DNA of 64,000 bases from assembly GCA_964270895.1 (NCBI GenBank), contig OZ185452.1; one strand, given 5' to 3'. The DNA comes from Podarcis filfolensis (taxonomy: Eukaryota). Positions 60,953 through 64,000 of the stretch are shown piece by piece (within the stretch, counting starts at the first letter, position 1; each line of letters opens with the position of its first letter). The notes below the pieces were generated by a model. That model ran no database searches. It had not been told where the DNA came from and saw only the letters and a program-made list of their open reading frames with translations. Both the position numbers and the translations under genes were made by a program.

Positions 60953-62440
60953 TACTCTAAAAGTAGCCTCAGGCTGGAGACTGATCTACTACCCGCTGCT
61001 TCCTGCATGGATCTGTTGGCACCAGAGCCTGCATCTGAATCCCTAGGAGACACTTCAGCCAACAGACTCCGACTGGACCGCAGACCCTTTGGGGGAAAAA
61101 AGGACTGAGTGCTTGACCACATGATGGGTTTTAAAAGACACGACAGAAAGCACCTGGTCCAAAGACTTGAGTGGGGAGGCTGAATTTTGCCCACAGGACT
61201 CCCAAGCCAGTGAACTAATCAGACAAGTCTTCAGCTTGCTTTATTACCTGCCCTGCAAATGTTTGGGTTGGAATGGATGGCCCTTGGGGGTCCCTTCCAA
61301 CCCTATAGTTCTCTGATCTGCTATCTGCGAAAGAACTGTGGGCGACCTGAAAGCATGCAAAGCATCTAGCAAGTCTAACGAGACAGATGTTTGATGGCTC
61401 TTGCTCAGATGCCTCCTGAGTCACTGATAATAAGAGATAGGATGGGTCAGCTGGGTTCAGGAGAGTGCCCTTGAGAACAGTTCCCCACTTTATTCATGGG
61501 GCATCTGCCTTTGTCTATGCTGTTCTTGACCGCCTTTCAAGGTGTCCACACCAGCAAAGAAAGCAAGGGCAGATCTGGGGGGTGGGCAGGAAGGTGTGTG
61601 GGCGGAGAGTATATGAAGAACAAGAAAACTTTTGTTCTTAACTTCACGAAGCGATCGAGGGACTAATAGCAAGATTGAACTTGGATGGAACCAGCCGTTC
61701 TTGAGCCAGGAGCAATTCCACAAACATCTCTTTCATTCTGAACATAACGAAGGCCTTGCTTGAAGCCAGGGCATCTCTCTCCGCCCCCCGACCCCCCATT
61801 CTGCAGTTCTCAAAATGACTTACTCTGGAGTGGGTTTGGGGGAAGGCAATGCAGCTAATGCACAGCAAACAATTTAAGAACTGCAGTTTGGGTGAGGTCT
61901 GTGGCTCAGAGAGCTGCTGCCAGTCAGTGTTGGTGCTGAGCTAGAAAGACCAATGATGTGTTTCGGTATTTCGTTCAACAATTAATTCAAGGCATGTGAA
62001 TCATTACAATTAACCTGAAAACAAATCACATTTCCATTTCCTAAAATCCTAGAGGAAACAAGCTTTAACATTCTATAACGTAACCACTTGGGTTGTCAAT
62101 AAAGCAAAGGGCCATCAAGGAATTCCAATTAGTCCTGTTCAGCTTAATGCTTCCATTCCAATAACTGAAAAATTCACCAAGCACACTTATCCTGCCAATT
62201 TGCTTTACCTAAAATAGTCTATCCCCTCCCCTTTCATAAATGGTGGGCATAAAAATATAAACAGTACGCCGAGCCTGAATTAAGGTTGCTGCACCCTGAA
62301 GTGTTGACTGTAAACAGAAGGGAAAAGCAGGCAGCCTGTTGCAACCACCGGCTGAAGGGGTTTCCAGCTTTAAAAGATGGGATTCATTTCAAATCCTGAG
62401 CGACCCAACTGCAGGTAAGGAATCGACCCAGTTTGCTTAC

Positions 62441-62474
62441 CTGTTCCTGTTCCCGTTGGATCCCCTCCTTGGAT
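62441..62474 (-). CDS. PPIL2: PPIL2 34-nt exon (IQGGDPTGTGT G)
   Basis: QGGDPTGTG cyclophilin signature; acceptor TTGATTCCACAG|, donor |GTAAGC. Confidence 0.96.
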
Positions 62475-62769
62475 CTGTGGAATCAAAAGATATAGAAGGT
62501 TTAGGGTGGGAAGAGGTGGGGAGAAAGGATGCAGATGGAATAACTGGGTGCTAAAAAAGCAGAGGCTCTGCTGATGGGCAAACCCCAAGTCAAGGAGCTA
62601 GATTACTTGTTGTGGATAGGGTGGTACTCCCTTGGAAGGATCAAGAGTGAAGTCTGGGGGGTACCCTGTATTCAGCTCTTGTCATTGGTTGGCCACCATG
62701 AGAACAGGATCCTGAGCTAGGTGGGCCACTGGTCTGATCCAGCAGGTTCTTCTTATGTTCTAATGCAGC

Positions 62770-63133
62770 TGACTTTTAGAAGACATCTGAAGGCAGTCCT
62801 GTTTAGGGGAGTTTTTAATGTCTGATGTTTTATCGTGTTTTTAATACAGTGGTACCTCAGAAGCTGAACGTAATCTGTTCCGGAAGGATGTTCGACCTCC
62901 AAAACGTCCGATTACCAAGGCGCAGCTTCTGATTGGCTCTTGCAAATAGGAAGAGCCAATCGGAAGCTGCTTGTCTGCTGCGTCAGATGTCCGGCTTCCG
63001 GGTTTTTGACATTTGGGAGCCAAAATGTTCAGCAACGGAGACGATTGAAAACCAAGGTTTGACTGTGTTCTGTTTGGAGCCACCCATAGTGGCTGGGGGA
63101 GCCCAGCCACATGGGCAGGGTATAAATAATAAA

Positions 63134-63180
<47 letters not shown>
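62770..63180 (+). mobile_element. L2 3' tail (family B) split by a Tigger-like MITE (62847-63065), ending in (ATT)n
   Basis: Tail rejoins across the TA/TG site; (ATT)n at ~63133-63180. Confidence 0.75.
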
Positions 63181-63181
<1 letters not shown>

Positions 63182-63329
63182 CTATCAAGGTAATGGGACC
63201 CTTGCTTCCTCTCTTGTCTTCGCTCTAGTTATCCCCAAAACAGAACTGACGGACAATGTATGGGTTGTGTGGAACTGATGAATATGCAGTGGCAATTTCA
63301 TGTGCTAAAAGGTGATTATTGCTACATCT

Positions 63330-63512
63330 ATATCCCTCCATTCCTCCAAGAAGCTCAAGGTGGCAGACATTGCTCTCCGCTTCCCCATTTCATCCACACA
63401 GAAACCCTGTGAGGTAGGTTAGGCTGAGAGACAGAGACGGGCCCGAGGTGAACCCAGCGAGTGGAGATTTGAAACCTGGTGTTTGGGGTCCTGGTCTGGC
63501 ACTCTAAGCACC
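63330..63512 (-). mobile_element. Squam3/MIR-like SINE
   Basis: ACCCTGTGAGGTAGGTTAGGCTGAGAGACAG core, the reverse of the 47600 copy. Confidence 0.65.
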
Positions 63513-63941
63513 AAGCCCCTTAGAGTAATGCAATTCAGAGTCTGGCCTTTCATATCGCCCAGTGAACCCAAGTTTCAAATGTCACAAGCCATGGAGTCTG
63601 AATGAAAACTGAGCGATGACAACATTCTTCCTTTCTGAGTGCTTGGAAACGGCTGATGACAGCCTGACTTATTCAACGCAGGTTGCTAGGCAATCAGATG
63701 TTGCTCTTACTCCAGAAAAGCGATCTTGTTCTCAAGGAATATTCTCTTTCTATTAACGTCAGCCTTATTTTTTTGTCTGTGGCAAATTCTAGTCCAGAAG
63801 GAGATTTGAAAAAAACACAAAACACACACAAAACCCCCACAAAGAGTGAAAATTAATACCTCTTGACATAACTATAGTTCTCTGCTCTGGTCATAAAACA
63901 CTGGAGATAAAAAAGCTTTCTCCCCCACTCCCAATACTCAC

Positions 63942-64000
63942 CACAAAATTACGAATTGATCTGTGAAAAATAGTCCCGTCGTAGTAATTTTTCTTGCACA
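63942..64000 (-). CDS. PPIL2: PPIL2 exon, truncated at window edge (CKKNYYDGTIFHRSIRNFV)
   Basis: FHRSIRNF cyclophilin catalytic-Arg motif; donor |GTGAGT. Confidence 0.95.

Noticed and set aside
61644-61770. Protein-like frame MFRMKEMFVELLLAQERLVPSKF (-)
   Set aside because: Short, with no splice signals or family match.
1-64000. CRISPR array, prokaryotic system, endogenous viral ORF, miRNA or snoRNA genes
   Set aside because: No regular repeat-spacer pattern, no long intronless ORF with viral or bacterial motifs, and no supportable RNA gene. Recurrent CAGTGGTACCTC motifs are dispersed transposon ends.

Overview
Vertebrate genomic DNA, most likely from a lacertid lizard (it carries Sauria/Squam1-type SINEs and a squamate repeat landscape). 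There are two convergent protein-coding genes. YPEL1 (+) is complete: CpG-island promoter region, four coding exons (8604-8720, 14421-14464, 15988-16096, 18462-18551; 119 aa) and a probable ~4.9-kb 3'UTR. PPIL2 (-) is represented by its 3' part: eight exons from 64000 (truncated) to 35350, encoding the cyclophilin domain and C-terminus in a continuous frame. Introns and the intergenic spacer are rich in Tc1/mariner (Tigger-like) and hAT MITEs, SINEs and L2/L1/RTE/CR1 fragments, many nested with readable target-site duplications. There are two assembly gaps. Most entries in the ORF track are spurious or TE-derived. The most interesting unexplained signals are: an in-frame ACG in strong Kozak context that could give YPEL1 a 35-aa Cys/Phe-rich N-terminal extension; an obligatory GC-AG intron in YPEL1; a phase-compatible, stop-containing candidate poison exon in PPIL2; and a cluster of miR-17~92 seed sites in the YPEL1 3'UTR. 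I found no wholly new multi-gene system, CRISPR array or viral insert. Repeat boundaries without a TSD are approximate.
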